A DNA stretch of 46,786 nt, taken from positions 1-46,786 of the IMG/VR virus record IMGVR_UViG_3300012667_000647; one strand, 5' to 3'. This stretch comes from a virus (taxonomy: Duplodnaviria > Caudoviricetes). Positions 8,952 to 18,520 of this stretch are shown piece by piece; the stretch's first letter is position 1; each line of letters begins with the position of its first letter. The notes beneath the pieces were generated by a model. The model was given only the letters and a program-made list of their open reading frames with translations, did no database searches and was not told where the DNA came from. The translations under genes were made by a program, and so were the position numbers.

Positions 8952-10103
8952 TTAGAATGGAATTTCTTCGTTAATCCGTGGTGTTGGTTTAACTTCTTCT
9001 TTACCTGAGGCCTTCGCATCTACTTTAGAATACAGGTCAAGGAATGCTTCCTTAGTCTCAGTATCAAATCGTGCAACACACAACTCAATTGCCTTCATAC
9101 GATTCTTAAAAATCTTAAATGCTTTTGCAATGTGAACCAAACGGCGTGTAGAGATAATTTCATCAACGGCGCCTTGGTCAAATGATTGACGCACGATATC
9201 TGCCCATTGGCACAGACGGTCAACAAATTCTTGGTCATTAATCAGTGGTGAAAGAATCTTGTTCTCTGTCTTGGTGTCAGGATATTCCTGTTCAACAGTA
9301 ATTGGGAATCGTTCCAAGAACGCATCGTCCAAGATTTGTGACAGATACTTGCCTTCTTCACTGCCACGACCTTTGGTGTTTGCCGTTGCAATGATACTAA
9401 AACCATTCTTTGGGTAAACCATTTCACCGTTCTTTTTGTTGTAGTATGGTTTGCCTTCTAAGATACCTTGCAAACACATCAACTTATTAGAACCACGGTC
9501 TACTTCGTCAATCAATAGAATGGCACCACGTTTCATCGCAGTGATAACAGGACCATCACGGTTAACCACATTACCGTTAACAAGAGTTGGACCACCCAAA
9601 AGGTCAGATTCATCGGTTTCAATTGAAATATTGACACGGATACATTCTCGTCCCAACGTGGCACAAACCTGTTCAACCATGAGGGTTTTCCCGTTACCTG
9701 ATAGACCAGTAATAAACACAGGATAAAAGTCTCCGGCATTAATAATATGAGTGAGGTCTTTATAGAATCCAAATGGGACATAATCTGGATATTTTTGTGG
9801 AATTGACACATCAGATTCATCAACCAGTTTAGGTTGTTTGAATTCTAACACTTGTGCTGACAAGGCCATTGCATCCTCAGGTTCTTCCACGACTTCGGAC
9901 TTTGTAACCGTGCCGATGTATGGCAGTTTATATTGTCCACGTTCCACACGATACTCGGATTTGGTTGTAAACCAGTATGGAAAGGATAAATCATTTTCTT
10001 CACACACATGCTGAATTCCGTCACGTGTTAAGACGGAACCCACTCCAAACAAGTCCTCAGCGGCTTTAACGAAAGCCATCTGGTTACGATTCAAACTCAT
10101 CAA
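8952..10103 (-). CDS. cobS: CobS-like / MoxR-type AAA+ ATPase
   Basis: Walker A GLSGNGKT, Walker B LLIDE, ATAN sensor, AFLERF arginine finger, ISTRRL. Confidence 0.85.
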   Translation of the reverse strand: MMSLNRNQMAFVKAAEDLFGVGSVLTRDGIQHVCEENDLSFPYWFTTKSEYRVERGQYKLPYIGTVTKSEVVEEPEDAMALSAQVLEFKQPKLVDESDVSIPQKYPDYVPFGFYKDLTHIINAGDFYPVFITGLSGNGKTLMVEQVCATLGRECIRVNISIETDESDLLGGPTLVNGNVVNRDGPVITAMKRGAILLIDEVDRGSNKLMCLQGILEGKPYYNKKNGEMVYPKNGFSIIATANTKGRGSEEGKYLSQILDDAFLERFPITVEQEYPDTKTENKILSPLINDQEFVDRLCQWADIVRQSFDQGAVDEIISTRRLVHIAKAFKIFKNRMKAIELCVARFDTETKEAFLDLYSKVDAKASGKEEVKPTPRINEEIPF

Positions 10104-10122
10104 TTACCTCACATAAAAACAT

Positions 10123-10151
10123 ATTATAACATAAGTGGTATCAGTTGTCAA
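10123..10151 (-). promoter_or_regulatory. sigma70-type promoter
   Basis: TTGACA-17bp-TATAAT upstream of cobS. Confidence 0.8.
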
Positions 10152-10404
10152 GCCACTTACTGGTCTGTTCGAAGGACTTTTCCTGTATAGTTTTATCGCC
10201 TAACAGTCTCCGTGGATTGGAACACAACCCACATTCAGGATTACCACAGTCCATGGCGTGGTGTTTTGCGAAACGGTGTGCTTCTCTTTCCACTTCTTTA
10301 CGGTCAAGGCCGTGTTGGATAGCAATCTTTTGTTGTTTCTTAATTACAGCTTCTTCTTTGTGTAGGCGTTTGCTGTGCTTAACTTTATCATCTTCGTGAC
10401 TCAT
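10141..10404 (-). CDS. hypothetical Zn-binding protein
   Basis: GGGAGA before MSHEDD; CxxxxCxxC motif. Confidence 0.7.
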   Translation of the reverse strand: MSHEDDKVKHSKRLHKEEAVIKKQQKIAIQHGLDRKEVEREAHRFAKHHAMDCGNPECGLCSNPRRLLGDKTIQEKSFEQTSKWLDN

Positions 10405-10425
10405 AGATTCTCCCGTTAGTATAAT

Positions 10426-10446
10426 AAGAAGGGAGCCGAAGCTCCC
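10426..10446 (-). terminator. terminator hairpin with cUUCGg tetraloop
   Basis: GGGAGC-TTCG-GCTCCC-TTCTT after rIIB. Confidence 0.75.
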
Positions 10447-10454
10447 ATCACTAC

Positions 10455-11240
10455 TTAGTTTGCATTTGGCCAACCACCCATGTTGTCGAAACTATTGGCA
10501 TTCTCCTGAACAGGTGCAGTAAATTCTACAGCATCTTCGGGGTTTACACCAACTTCACCAACAACCTCATAACGGCAGGTACGGCCTTTGGTGTTATTGT
10601 AGTCAGTTGGGATTGACACAACATCACGTGGGTTAATCTTCAAAATCACCACACGTTCACCACCAAAGTGGTTGAGATAACCTTCTGAGCAGAAATGCAA
10701 ACCAGCAGAGCAAGTTTGGTTCTTGTCATCGTTCACTTGGTTGCGTTCCATCTCACACACTTTACCAACTGAGTTGTCGAATGTGCCAGAGTAACAATCC
10801 ATATAATTGTCACGGACTTTCTTGTATGCCAAGAAGTGACCATCAGGTGTAATTGGCAGGTTATTCTTTTCCAAGAAACCATACAATTCATTCACTGAAC
10901 GGAACGATGGGTTTTGCATCAAGTTCTCCATAAACAGAACCAATGGTTCAATTGGGAAACCTTCTTGCAACATTGTAATCATACGATTAGCAATAGCACC
11001 ATGCATCTCAGTGCCTTTCCAAAACATCTTATCGCCTTGGATGGCCACATTACCAGAACCATAGTTCAACACAACTTTCTTCGGATCAATAATGTCCTCG
11101 ACAGTTTGCCAATCATTGGCCTTAATAGCATCAACTACCTTTTGATAGGTAATATGAGTCTTAGAAATAGTATGTGGTTTATTTTTAATGACCACAACAA
11201 CATTAGAACCCTGAATCAAATACGGAAACATATCAAACAC
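10455..11240 (-). CDS. rIIB: rIIB-like protein
   Basis: ITPDGHFLAYKKV, TCSAGLHFC, KINPRDVVSIPTDYNNTKGRTCRYEV; directly follows rIIA. Confidence 0.9.
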   Translation of the reverse strand: MFDMFPYLIQGSNVVVVIKNKPHTISKTHITYQKVVDAIKANDWQTVEDIIDPKKVVLNYGSGNVAIQGDKMFWKGTEMHGAIANRMITMLQEGFPIEPLVLFMENLMQNPSFRSVNELYGFLEKNNLPITPDGHFLAYKKVRDNYMDCYSGTFDNSVGKVCEMERNQVNDDKNQTCSAGLHFCSEGYLNHFGGERVVILKINPRDVVSIPTDYNNTKGRTCRYEVVGEVGVNPEDAVEFTAPVQENANSFDNMGGWPNAN

Positions 11241-13407
11241 CTTTCACTTCATCAATCAATTTAACATACTCAACAACATCATCCTCATTGGCATAAGAAC
11301 CAAACTTACGAATCAGAGGATAACGAACTTTAAAATCATTCAACACATCATTGAATTTGACAGCCAATGCTTTTGCATCAACTTTAGATTCAATCTTCAA
11401 TGCATCCATCAACTGACGGACGAAATGCAACCCTTCATGCTTAGGTAGTCCTACAAACTCAGACAACATCAACTTGGCAGGACTCTTATCATCAAGTTCT
11501 TGCACAATCTTTTCCAGATTATACTCAAAAACGGCAGACTTGTCAACCATGCCGGTGGCACTGGCAACCTGGACACTATCACCCATCTTGGACAGAACGG
11601 AGAACACATGGTCTTCCAGGTTGAACCAATTCTTCTTGGTTTTAATGGCATCAATGTCACTCTTACGGACACCATAGATTTTAACATTCAAATCCGGTAT
11701 GCAGGTACGAGACAACAAACTAGCAATGTGGTGTGGAGTATAACCACCAAGCTTGGTGAGTTGTGCTTGGAAACCAGACAGTGGAAGGTAGTAATATTTC
11801 TGATTCGCATCAAAAGTATCCAACTTACCACCATCACGCCACACCATATCATCAGAAGCCGAACGATAACGAGAACCACCACGTTTTTCAAGTTGCATGA
11901 TAGTCACATTCTTGCCCATACCAGTGCCAGTGACACGGTCTTTTTGGCGCATTGGTGACACATCCATAAACTTGGAAGTTGGTGGGTTACCAATCAAATT
12001 CTTGAATGCTTCAATCATCATTGGCTTAGAACGGTCGATTGGTTCAATCACAAACACTTCTTGGCGACCTTTACGGTTTTCCATTGTACGATAGTGGTGT
12101 TTGACACGTTCACACGCACCAACTTTTGTATCGTTGATAGCAAAAACGGTGTCGTCAGACACATCAATTGCCCAATAGTTTTCACGAATCTCTTTGCCAT
12201 CAGTACCACGGTTACCCAAATAACCATGGTCATGTTTACAATTCATCATTGTAGCAGAATGAGATTGTGCAACAAAACCACGTATCATCATGTTGCAAGA
12301 AACCAATGTATCAACAGGCACACGGATTTCAAATCGTGACGACCAACGAGAATGTGCAGTAACATCAAACAACGCAAATTTGGTGTCGGTCACATATTTG
12401 GTAACAGCAGCACCCCAAAGAGCACTGTTCTTTTTGTTATACAAATAAATGGAACGTTCCCACTTGTTGACAATCGCATCGGCTTCTTCAGCAATATGAG
12501 TGGTCAATTGTGCATTGACTGCTTCAAGTTTACACTTGATTGATTCAATGGTTTGTGGAATGTAGGACAGACCTTCACGTGATGCTTGGAAGTCCAACTC
12601 ACCAATTGCAAAGTGCATCACCAAACCACAGTTCAACAGGTTACGCAACGAACCGAATGTGGATTCAGCATTTGGAATTTCAATTGGATAAGCAATATTG
12701 CCCATCACAGCAACAGTATATGAACTGCGTGTTGTACTATGAACACCAGGAATAATGTCCATGGTTTCATACTCAATATCTTTGAACTCAAAGTTTGCAC
12801 CAGTCACAACAGGACGCAATTTGAAGAATGTGTAAACAGTACGTGCTTCTTCACGGAACTTTTCAAAGTCCCAACGGTCATTCACGGAGAATTTAATCTC
12901 AACACCAGCATCTTCATCGGTTTGTTCTTCACCCATTTTAACAATAGATGGGACACCATCGCCGTTGATAAAGGCAGAATAGATGCCTTTAGTGCCGTCT
13001 TTAATTGCCGTTACTGTGAAATTGTCCGTATAAGAAAATGGAGACTTCGAACCGAGACCCAAAGCACCAATATAGTCATTGCTGTTAGTCTTAGTACTCT
13101 CAAAATAGGTAGTATAGATGCTCGTAACTTGTTCATGGTTCAAACCTGTACCGAAATCACGGATAGAAAAATATGGTTCAAGTGTAGTTGGCAGGTGAAC
13201 GGAGAATGGCACATCAGCCTTGCCAGCAGCAGTATGTGAGTCCACAGCATTGCATGACAATTCACGGACGATAGCACGAATCTTGTTGGCATACAAACCT
13301 GAGGACAGGATGGAGAAGGCCTTTGCTGATGCCTTAATCTTAAAATCACCGACTTCACCAACATTGGACATAACCACTTGGTCTTGTGGTGCGCTGTTCA
13401 AAATCAT
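11233..13407 (-). CDS. rIIA: rIIA-like protein (N-terminal GHKL ATPase)
   Basis: RELSCNAVDSH, DFGTG, STK, GALGLGSKSPF and SREGLSY motifs. Confidence 0.9.
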   Translation of the reverse strand: MILNSAPQDQVVMSNVGEVGDFKIKASAKAFSILSSGLYANKIRAIVRELSCNAVDSHTAAGKADVPFSVHLPTTLEPYFSIRDFGTGLNHEQVTSIYTTYFESTKTNSNDYIGALGLGSKSPFSYTDNFTVTAIKDGTKGIYSAFINGDGVPSIVKMGEEQTDEDAGVEIKFSVNDRWDFEKFREEARTVYTFFKLRPVVTGANFEFKDIEYETMDIIPGVHSTTRSSYTVAVMGNIAYPIEIPNAESTFGSLRNLLNCGLVMHFAIGELDFQASREGLSYIPQTIESIKCKLEAVNAQLTTHIAEEADAIVNKWERSIYLYNKKNSALWGAAVTKYVTDTKFALFDVTAHSRWSSRFEIRVPVDTLVSCNMMIRGFVAQSHSATMMNCKHDHGYLGNRGTDGKEIRENYWAIDVSDDTVFAINDTKVGACERVKHHYRTMENRKGRQEVFVIEPIDRSKPMMIEAFKNLIGNPPTSKFMDVSPMRQKDRVTGTGMGKNVTIMQLEKRGGSRYRSASDDMVWRDGGKLDTFDANQKYYYLPLSGFQAQLTKLGGYTPHHIASLLSRTCIPDLNVKIYGVRKSDIDAIKTKKNWFNLEDHVFSVLSKMGDSVQVASATGMVDKSAVFEYNLEKIVQELDDKSPAKLMLSEFVGLPKHEGLHFVRQLMDALKIESKVDAKALAVKFNDVLNDFKVRYPLIRKFGSYANEDDVVEYVKLIDEVKGV

Positions 13408-13437
13408 AATATATCCTTTTCAATCATCAATACATGT

Positions 13438-13466
13438 ATTGTATCACAGGTGATGGTAAGTGGCAA
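13438..13466 (-). promoter_or_regulatory. sigma70-type promoter of rIIA
   Basis: TTGCCA-17bp-TACAAT. Confidence 0.7.
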
Positions 13467-13472
13467 CCATTG

Positions 13473-13490
13473 TGTTGCAGGTTTACAACA
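13473..13490. promoter_or_regulatory. palindromic box B (TGTTG-N8-CAACA)
   Basis: TGTTGCAGGTTTACAACA, 6 bp upstream of the -35; near-identical copy at 29401-29418. Confidence 0.6.
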
Positions 13491-13492
13491 AC

Positions 13493-13720
13493 CTATACGT
13501 AATAGTCACACACATTACGGGATATCTCAACCCATTGTTCTCCTGGACGTGGATAAAACCCATTCATAAAGTCTCGTTGACTCACATACAGGTAAGTCTC
13601 ATACACCACATAGGTTTCCAACCACACAGTGTAATCACGTACACGGGTTTTTTTCCATGCATACACAAATCGTTCACGTGTATCACCAACTTGTGGTGGT
13701 GGTTTATCCTTCCAACGCAT
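13493..13720 (-). CDS. hypothetical protein
   Basis: 75-aa ORF with GGAG Shine-Dalgarno. Confidence 0.6.
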   Translation of the reverse strand: MRWKDKPPPQVGDTRERFVYAWKKTRVRDYTVWLETYVVYETYLYVSQRDFMNGFYPRPGEQWVEISRNVCDYYV

Positions 13721-14288
13721 GATTCACTCCATACATTAGTTGCATTGCATCCAATATACAATCATCAATAGGATTATGTTTGCTGATATCATTACGTGCA
13801 TCAAACCCTGTATAATTCACATCACAATAACCATTGGTTGTATTGTATAAGAAATCCACAGCAGTACGCACATCACGCCAACGATTGAACAACCAAATTG
13901 GTTCTAATCCACATTGTTCTTCAATATCATCCAGTACCAATTGGTCTAAGTTGCCACGTGCCCATACCCAACACTTTGGATCATTCTTTGACTCTGCCCA
14001 TTTACGCATGGCTTCATAACCATCCTCAAATCGGCAATCAATCTCATTAGGCACGAATGAAACCTTACGCACATTATCACATTGCTTTGACCACCAATCC
14101 ATGGTTGGTTTATTGATTGACCGTTTCAACCGTGTGTGTTGGTCACGCACATCAAACTTGGCAAAGAACGCATCTTCACGCATTTGTTGTGGTGATGGTC
14201 GTTCATCTGCATTGAAATGAATGGCCGCCATTGATAGAATGACAGAATCAGATTTCTTACCAAGTGTCTCAACGTCAAACACAAACAT
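13704..14288 (-). CDS. dexA: DexA-like 3'-5' exonuclease (DEDDh)
   Basis: FDVETLG, WARG..D, WRDVRT and HNPIDDCILD motifs. Confidence 0.85.
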   Translation of the reverse strand: MFVFDVETLGKKSDSVILSMAAIHFNADERPSPQQMREDAFFAKFDVRDQHTRLKRSINKPTMDWWSKQCDNVRKVSFVPNEIDCRFEDGYEAMRKWAESKNDPKCWVWARGNLDQLVLDDIEEQCGLEPIWLFNRWRDVRTAVDFLYNTTNGYCDVNYTGFDARNDISKHNPIDDCILDAMQLMYGVNHALEG

Positions 14289-14491
14289 TAATGGAAATCT
14301 CCACTGCAAAATGATGCAACATAATCAAAGACCTTTTGACGACCAAGTGGACCGGTCATATACACATCATTTGGTGTTTGCAAACCAAAATGCATGTTTT
14401 GTCCAGACCACCATGCATCAACCAATTCATCACGACCAAGTAATGCCAACAACATACGATTGATATCAGATTTAATAATAGTATCAGTCAT
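14288..14491 (-). CDS. MbcA/ParS/Xre antitoxin C-terminal-like domain protein
   Basis: LLG..E.VDAWW...N..FG.QTP.D.....G...V..Y pattern. Confidence 0.6.
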   Translation of the reverse strand: MTDTIIKSDINRMLLALLGRDELVDAWWSGQNMHFGLQTPNDVYMTGPLGRQKVFDYVASFCSGDFH

Positions 14492-14876
14492 TCAATGCTT
14501 TCTTTTTAGATTCAAGTTCATCAAAGTGTTCATCACACACAGTTTTAATCCAACCAGTGGTTGTCTTGGTTGCTGGTTTGCCACACATTTCACAAGTACA
14601 TTGAGCCCACATTTCGGCCATTCGTACCATGCCATCAATCTTGTCATCACCGCCATCATAATAGAAACGCAGGCCACCAAACTTCTCTTTGATTTGTGAC
14701 ACTTTCACTTGTGGTACAACCACTTCGGTTCTATTCATCCAATCAATATGGTTTTGAATTTGTTTGGATAGATTCAACAAAATTGGATGCCAACCTTCAT
14801 CAACCCATGTATCGTATGCTTCATCATACATTTTTGGGAATGTAACTCTCAACCTATCAAAGAAATCATCATTCAT
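14484..14876 (-). CDS. conserved hypothetical phage protein
   Basis: GW..IL, QIKEKFGGLRFY and TCEMCGKP...GWIKTVC segments. Confidence 0.8.
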   Translation of the reverse strand: MNDDFFDRLRVTFPKMYDEAYDTWVDEGWHPILLNLSKQIQNHIDWMNRTEVVVPQVKVSQIKEKFGGLRFYYDGGDDKIDGMVRMAEMWAQCTCEMCGKPATKTTTGWIKTVCDEHFDELESKKKALND

Positions 14877-15073
14877 CACCAACTCCAAACTTCAACAAGT
14901 ACCAAAACAAAAAATAAACCAACAATAGAACCTGCAACAACGGCAACCATCGTTTCAACTATCTTATGTTTCACAGTATCAAACCAATTATGTTCTGAAT
15001 AGTCAAACAAGATACGCAATGGCACCATTAAGATTACCAGAGTCAGCCATATTTTACACAATAATACCAACAT
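14876..15073 (-). CDS. membrane protein
   Basis: Two hydrophobic segments. Confidence 0.55.
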   Translation of the reverse strand: MLVLLCKIWLTLVILMVPLRILFDYSEHNWFDTVKHKIVETMVAVVAGSIVGLFFVLVLVEVWSW

Positions 15074-15075
15074 TG

Positions 15076-15360
15076 TCAACCCCATGTACGGTGTACTTCC
15101 GATACCCATTCTTTGCCATCATATTCATCAATCTGCCAATCCACATCGTCAGGGATTTCCACAACTTTCAAATCAGAGAATGAACCATTCACGTCATCCA
15201 TTAGTTCCTCAACCAAATGAACCAAAATTGGATCATCACGAGCAATTTCATTATAATACCAATCAGTATCAGTAATGCCAGCACGTTCTTTATATGCAAT
15301 CTCGGCCATTGGTGATAAACCAAATCCACCGAAACACCTATTGATAACTACTTTTGTCAT
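15076..15360 (-). CDS. conserved hypothetical phage protein
   Basis: KVVINRCFGGFGLS...RDDPILV...EYDGKEWV; GAGG Shine-Dalgarno. Confidence 0.8.
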   Translation of the reverse strand: MTKVVINRCFGGFGLSPMAEIAYKERAGITDTDWYYNEIARDDPILVHLVEELMDDVNGSFSDLKVVEIPDDVDWQIDEYDGKEWVSEVHRTWG

Positions 15361-15406
15361 TTTCTTACCTCATTAACCACAGATTGTATATCGTCTAAAT
15401 ACATAT

Positions 15407-15961
15407 ATGAAAATCTATTCCATATACAAAGTCACAAACAAAACCAATGGTAAGACATACATTGGTTTTGATTCCAATTGGCCGACAAGAAAATATCAAC
15501 ACAAGAGCAGGTCAAAAAAGAATAACAAATATTTGTTATATCTAGCAATCAACAAATATGGTTGGGATAATTTTGAATGGAATGTAATTTACCAATCTAT
15601 GGATTCGTTACACACACTCAAAACAATGGAACCACATTTTATTCAAGAATACAATTCTTTTGCAAAAGGGTACAATATGACTGCCGGTGGTGATGGCACA
15701 CCTGGTCATTTGCGAGACCCTAACATTGCTAAAGAACACTCTGCTCGTATGAAAGAATATTACTCCAATCCTGCTAATCGTTTGAAAAAAGGCGATGATT
15801 GTTCAAAAGAATGGACAATCATGGATCCCAATGGCAACAGATACGACATAAAGAATATGGCTAAATTTTGTAGAGAACATAATTTAGACACGGGTAATAT
15901 GTCAGCTGTTGCTAAAGGTCGTTATAAACAGTACAAAGGGTGGACGGTTAGCCCACGATAG
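15407..15961 (+). CDS. GIY-YIG homing endonuclease (free-standing, Seg-like)
   Basis: SIYKVTN..NGKTYIG, catalytic R, E..FI and GYN; C-terminal HTH-like DNA-binding module; antisense to flanking genes. Confidence 0.88.
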   Translation: MKIYSIYKVTNKTNGKTYIGFDSNWPTRKYQHKSRSKKNNKYLLYLAINKYGWDNFEWNVIYQSMDSLHTLKTMEPHFIQEYNSFAKGYNMTAGGDGTPGHLRDPNIAKEHSARMKEYYSNPANRLKKGDDCSKEWTIMDPNGNRYDIKNMAKFCREHNLDTGNMSAVAKGRYKQYKGWTVSPR

Positions 15962-16832
15962 TGTACTCAGCTAAATCTTCCCAATTGGCACCTGCATTAG
16001 CACGGATTTTTGTTACCTGAATGAGTGTACGCATTGACAACTCTTTTACATCATCTTGCAAACGTTCTACCAAATTGATAGCATCTACCTTGTGTTGATT
16101 GTTGGCTTCAGGCATAAACTCACCGGACTCCATGATGTGACGCATACGTTCAACTTTTTGTTGTTTAGTCATTGTCAAATCAACGGCCATCGAGCGTGTG
16201 ATAATCGCTTGGTCGATTTGTGATGATGCTAAGTTGGAGATAAAAACGACACGGCCTTTAAATTCAAAGGTTGTGGGCAAATCTTCGTCTTTGATATCAG
16301 CACGCCAAGAGATAATGCGGCGTGAATAAGAATCCAATGCGCCTTTCAACAGGTTCAACGATACTGGATCCTTCAATACGCTATCACAGTCATCAAACAC
16401 AATGACGCCATCTTTATTCTCAAACAACAAACGATATAAACCTTTTGGTGTGCTATGACCCTTCACAACCATGAATTTCTTACCTGATACTTTAGAGCCA
16501 ACAGCAAACGATTCATCCATAATGGAGATATCTTTGAAGCCGTTTGCTTCGAGGGTTTTGGATACAGTATAAGACTTACCTAAGCCTCCAGGACCCGTGA
16601 TAACAACGGATGGTTGTGCGCCGTTACACAACATAGTCACCATATCGGATACGAAATTGAATCGTTCATTGATAGAGAATCGGGATTCTTTTGGTGCGGA
16701 TACTTCCACAGCGCCATTGGCCATGCCGGCTTTCTTGAGCACATAATCCATATGCTCTTTTTTGCTACGTTTGACAGTCTTCCCGTTGATAACTGCCTGA
16801 TACTTCCCGTCCTTGAAAACTACGTTTGTCAT
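15948..16832 (-). CDS. AAA+ ATPase
   Basis: Walker A GPGGLGKS, Walker B VIVFDDCD, FISN sensor, AIITRS. Confidence 0.85.
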   Translation of the reverse strand: MTNVVFKDGKYQAVINGKTVKRSKKEHMDYVLKKAGMANGAVEVSAPKESRFSINERFNFVSDMVTMLCNGAQPSVVITGPGGLGKSYTVSKTLEANGFKDISIMDESFAVGSKVSGKKFMVVKGHSTPKGLYRLLFENKDGVIVFDDCDSVLKDPVSLNLLKGALDSYSRRIISWRADIKDEDLPTTFEFKGRVVFISNLASSQIDQAIITRSMAVDLTMTKQQKVERMRHIMESGEFMPEANNQHKVDAINLVERLQDDVKELSMRTLIQVTKIRANAGANWEDLAEYTIVG

Positions 16833-16862
16833 TTCTATGTGTCCTAATCAATCAATACACGT

Positions 16863-16890
16863 ATTATAACGGAACCAGTGGGAATGGCAA
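16863..16890 (-). promoter_or_regulatory. sigma70-type early promoter
   Basis: TTGCCA-16bp-TATAAT; two box A palindromes at 16892-16909 and 16921-16938. Confidence 0.78.
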
Positions 16891-16937
16891 GATACGAAAA
16901 TAGTTCTCAGTTTTGTGGCTGGAGAACTAAAGTACTA

Positions 16938-17138
16938 CTATACGGTCTTGCCGGTTGTGATGTATACCAATGCAGGACCCATTAGGACTTGCCTAGTAAG
17001 CCAGATAAGGTTGCCGTCTAATCCCTCGTCCTCCGCCATCCTACAGATTAGGTCATCATCATTCCAACGTGGCATCAACATGATAAAACGGAAGGCCGAT
17101 TCAAGTGCCATTTCCTCTGCAATTTCAATTTCGTTCAT
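16938..17138 (-). CDS. hypothetical protein
   Basis: 66-aa coupled ORF. Confidence 0.6.
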   Translation of the reverse strand: MNEIEIAEEMALESAFRFIMLMPRWNDDDLICRMAEDEGLDGNLIWLTRQVLMGPALVYITTGKTV

Positions 17139-17320
17139 TCTTCAACTCCGTAGAATTTCTTGATTTGTTTGGTTGTGAGGTTTGCGGGATATTTGTGTTC
17201 CATTGTAACCATCATTTTGCAACATTCGTTGATTAATAGTTCCGCAAACTCTTCCAATCGTGGTTCACTCACCATTTGAATCTTTGCTTTGACTGCCAAT
17301 TCTTTCAATCGTTCGTTCAT
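17135..17320 (-). CDS. hypothetical protein
   Basis: MNERLKELA...LEEFAELLINECC small phage protein. Confidence 0.7.
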   Translation of the reverse strand: MNERLKELAVKAKIQMVSEPRLEEFAELLINECCKMMVTMEHKYPANLTTKQIKKFYGVEE

Positions 17321-17465
17321 TCTCTAATTCCTCTATGCGTTTGGTTAGGTGTTCAATCCATGCACGTGCTGTTGCCATGTCCTTCTCTAATGCTTCGACC
17401 TGTTCTTCCAGTGTACCAATGGCACTGGATTGTCCCATATCAATAGCCCAATTTAATGCACTCAT
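17265..17465 (-). CDS. hypothetical coiled-coil protein
   Basis: 66-aa ORF. Confidence 0.55.
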   Translation of the reverse strand: MSALNWAIDMGQSSAIGTLEEQVEALEKDMATARAWIEHLTKRIEELENERTIERIGSQSKDSNGE

Positions 17466-17884
17466 TTGTCAAGCTTTTCCACTACAACCTTGTCACCCAT
17501 ATCCTCATTGAATGACATATTCTCATGGTATACACGGACCAATCCTTTACGTGATAAGGATTCAATCACCAATAATGTGACCAGCTGATTGGTACGTTCT
17601 TTAAAGGTTTCATCGGTTGGTGATTGGTCGCAACCTTCACCAGTTGCCAACATTTCGGACATTAGAATCAGGTCTTCAAATTGGCCATTTTCTTCGGCAG
17701 TCATCAATGCCTTGAGGTCAGAATCGGTTAACTCTTTGATATAGTCACCAACCACAATATATGGATTGTCCATCATTTGTTTGGCTAACATCCGTGTGAC
17801 AGCCATTAAACTCTTGTATTCGGCAATCTCTGCATAGTTAAGAGAATAACCACCACCAATCTCAATATCAAATCCGTCTTCCAT
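17462..17884 (-). CDS. hypothetical protein
   Basis: 140 aa; follows the promoter at 17920-17948. Confidence 0.75.
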   Translation of the reverse strand: MEDGFDIEIGGGYSLNYAEIAEYKSLMAVTRMLAKQMMDNPYIVVGDYIKELTDSDLKALMTAEENGQFEDLILMSEMLATGEGCDQSPTDETFKERTNQLVTLLVIESLSRKGLVRVYHENMSFNEDMGDKVVVEKLDK

Positions 17885-17919
17885 ATCCTAATCCTTTACA
17901 TCAAAACGGCTACACCGTC

Positions 17920-17948
17920 ATTATATGATACATTTGTACCATTGGCAA
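17920..17948 (-). promoter_or_regulatory. sigma70-type promoter
   Basis: TTGCCA-17bp-TATAAT. Confidence 0.75.
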
Positions 17949-17966
17949 CCACCATTGTGGTATATT

Positions 17967-18134
17967 TTAAACTGCTTCTGTTACCAGTTTGGCCATGCCA
18001 TCATTGTAACCATTATCATACAAATCAAACTCTTCCGCTTGGGTAAGGTCATCGTATGGGTTCAGGTACTCACCATTTTGGTACGCATCATTATAACCCT
18101 CAGCATATGATGCCATCACACTATTTTCACTCAT
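17967..18134 (-). CDS. small acidic protein
   Basis: GGAGA before MSENSV; Y.EGY.DA...NPY...Y.NGY pattern. Confidence 0.65.
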   Translation of the reverse strand: MSENSVMASYAEGYNDAYQNGEYLNPYDDLTQAEEFDLYDNGYNDGMAKLVTEAV

Positions 18135-18145
18135 ATTATTCTCCA

Positions 18146-18361
18146 TTAGTCCAATAAGACCATATATTCTTCTGGAAAGTACTGACGGAACCAATCCAAA
18201 CCTTTCCGAAGCATCTTAAAATCGCCCATCATCTCTGCGCCTTTCATACAATCATAAACGGCCACCGCCTCAGGGGTCAACATACAGGACTCACCAGAGA
18301 ATGGGTTAGTAACTTCAACTGGTGATTCATCCAACACCATACAATCAAAAGGCAATTTCAT
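18146..18361 (-). CDS. conserved hypothetical phage protein
   Basis: NPFSGES...AVAVYD...GLDWFRQYFPEEYMVLLD. Confidence 0.75.
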   Translation of the reverse strand: MKLPFDCMVLDESPVEVTNPFSGESCMLTPEAVAVYDCMKGAEMMGDFKMLRKGLDWFRQYFPEEYMVLLD

Positions 18362-18519
18362 TTTAATACTCCAGTATTTGCTGCCAAACTCAAGGCAGCC
18401 ACAACAACAGCAATCACACCAATGAACCGACTAGGTGCATTGGCACCACCAATTGCAAATACCAATCCCAATAGAATCAGAATCACATTGGCAGTAATAG
18501 GCATCCATGATTCAATCAT
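18358..18519 (-). CDS. small membrane protein
   Basis: Two TM helices. Confidence 0.6.
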   Translation of the reverse strand: MIESWMPITANVILILLGLVFAIGGANAPSRFIGVIAVVVAALSLAANTGVLK

Positions 18520-18520
18520 A

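Noticed and set aside
8952-10103. Cobalamin biosynthesis function for the cobS/cobT-like genes
   Set aside because: No cobN or other cob genes are present; a generic AAA+/vWA chaperone pair is more plausible
13473-13490. Box B or box A as a LexA (SOS) or CRP site
   Set aside because: They match neither CTGT-N8-ACAG nor TGTGA-N6-TCACA
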